The translations under genes and the position numbers were made by a program. Positions 63,749 to 64,000 of a stretch of 64,000 nucleotides of DNA are shown here, piece by piece. The DNA is from a virus (lineage: Duplodnaviria > Caudoviricetes): positions 967-64,966 of IMG/VR virus record IMGVR_UViG_3300025400_000015. One strand, given 5' to 3'. A model generated the notes under the pieces. That model worked only from the letters and a program-made list of their open reading frames with translations. It ran no database searches and was not told the origin of the DNA. Positions within the stretch are counted from its first letter, which is position 1, and each line of letters opens with the position of its first letter.

Positions 63749-64000
63749 TGACTATTAACTACGATGAATTGGCCGACAACGTGACTCAGAAACTACTGAA
63801 CTACGGTTTTAGCGTGAAAGTAATTTCTTGTGCCGTACCCGCGACAGCGCCACAATGGGCTAAGAATTGCAACGCTTGGAGCGTAACCGTAGTCTATAAA
63901 GACCGCGCCATGGTGACTACCTATTACACTGGGAGCGGCATTACCCGCATTCCTAGCGCTGCTGACGTGATCTCGTGCATTAGTGGCGATTATGACACAA
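63748..64000 (+). CDS. Hypothetical early protein (3' truncated)
   Basis: TAATG coupling; open to the window end. Confidence 0.55.
   Translation, partial: MTINYDELADNVTQKLLNYGFSVKVISCAVPATAPQWAKNCNAWSVTVVYKDRAMVTTYYTGSGITRIPSAADVISCISGDYDT

Overview
The whole window is tailed-phage DNA. The host is probably actinobacterial, judging from two WhiB-like genes and leaderless sigmaA-type promoters. It holds two collinear, diverged copies of a podovirus-style virion module on the - strand: copy A (1-22.6 kb, cut off at the left edge) and copy B (about 41-62.4 kb). Each copy has terminase, portal, giant internal/ejection protein, scaffold, major capsid and tail fibre. Between them lie one + strand early region (SLOG protein, amidoligase, class II glutamine amidotransferase) and one - strand block of recombination, regulation, lysis and tail genes. 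A second, unrelated early region starts at about 62.7 kb. No integrase, DNA polymerase, tRNA or CRISPR array was seen. The two copies allow a comparison by eye, which gave five main observations. (1) A conserved ~250-nt non-coding RNA candidate upstream of the terminase operon has several compensatory base changes and a probable pseudoknot. (2) A covarying structured leader precedes the scaffold/capsid genes. (3) A recurrent CGTAAC-N17/18-TAYAMT late-promoter motif occurs five times. (4) The ejection protein of copy A alone carries inserted NADAR, 2x DUF4326-like, GNAT-like and zincin domains, suggesting injected anti-defence cargo. (5) The tail fibre and capsid show cassette swaps. All family calls come from motif recognition by eye; no searches were run, and whether the tandem arrangement is biological or an assembly/concatenation artefact cannot be decided here.
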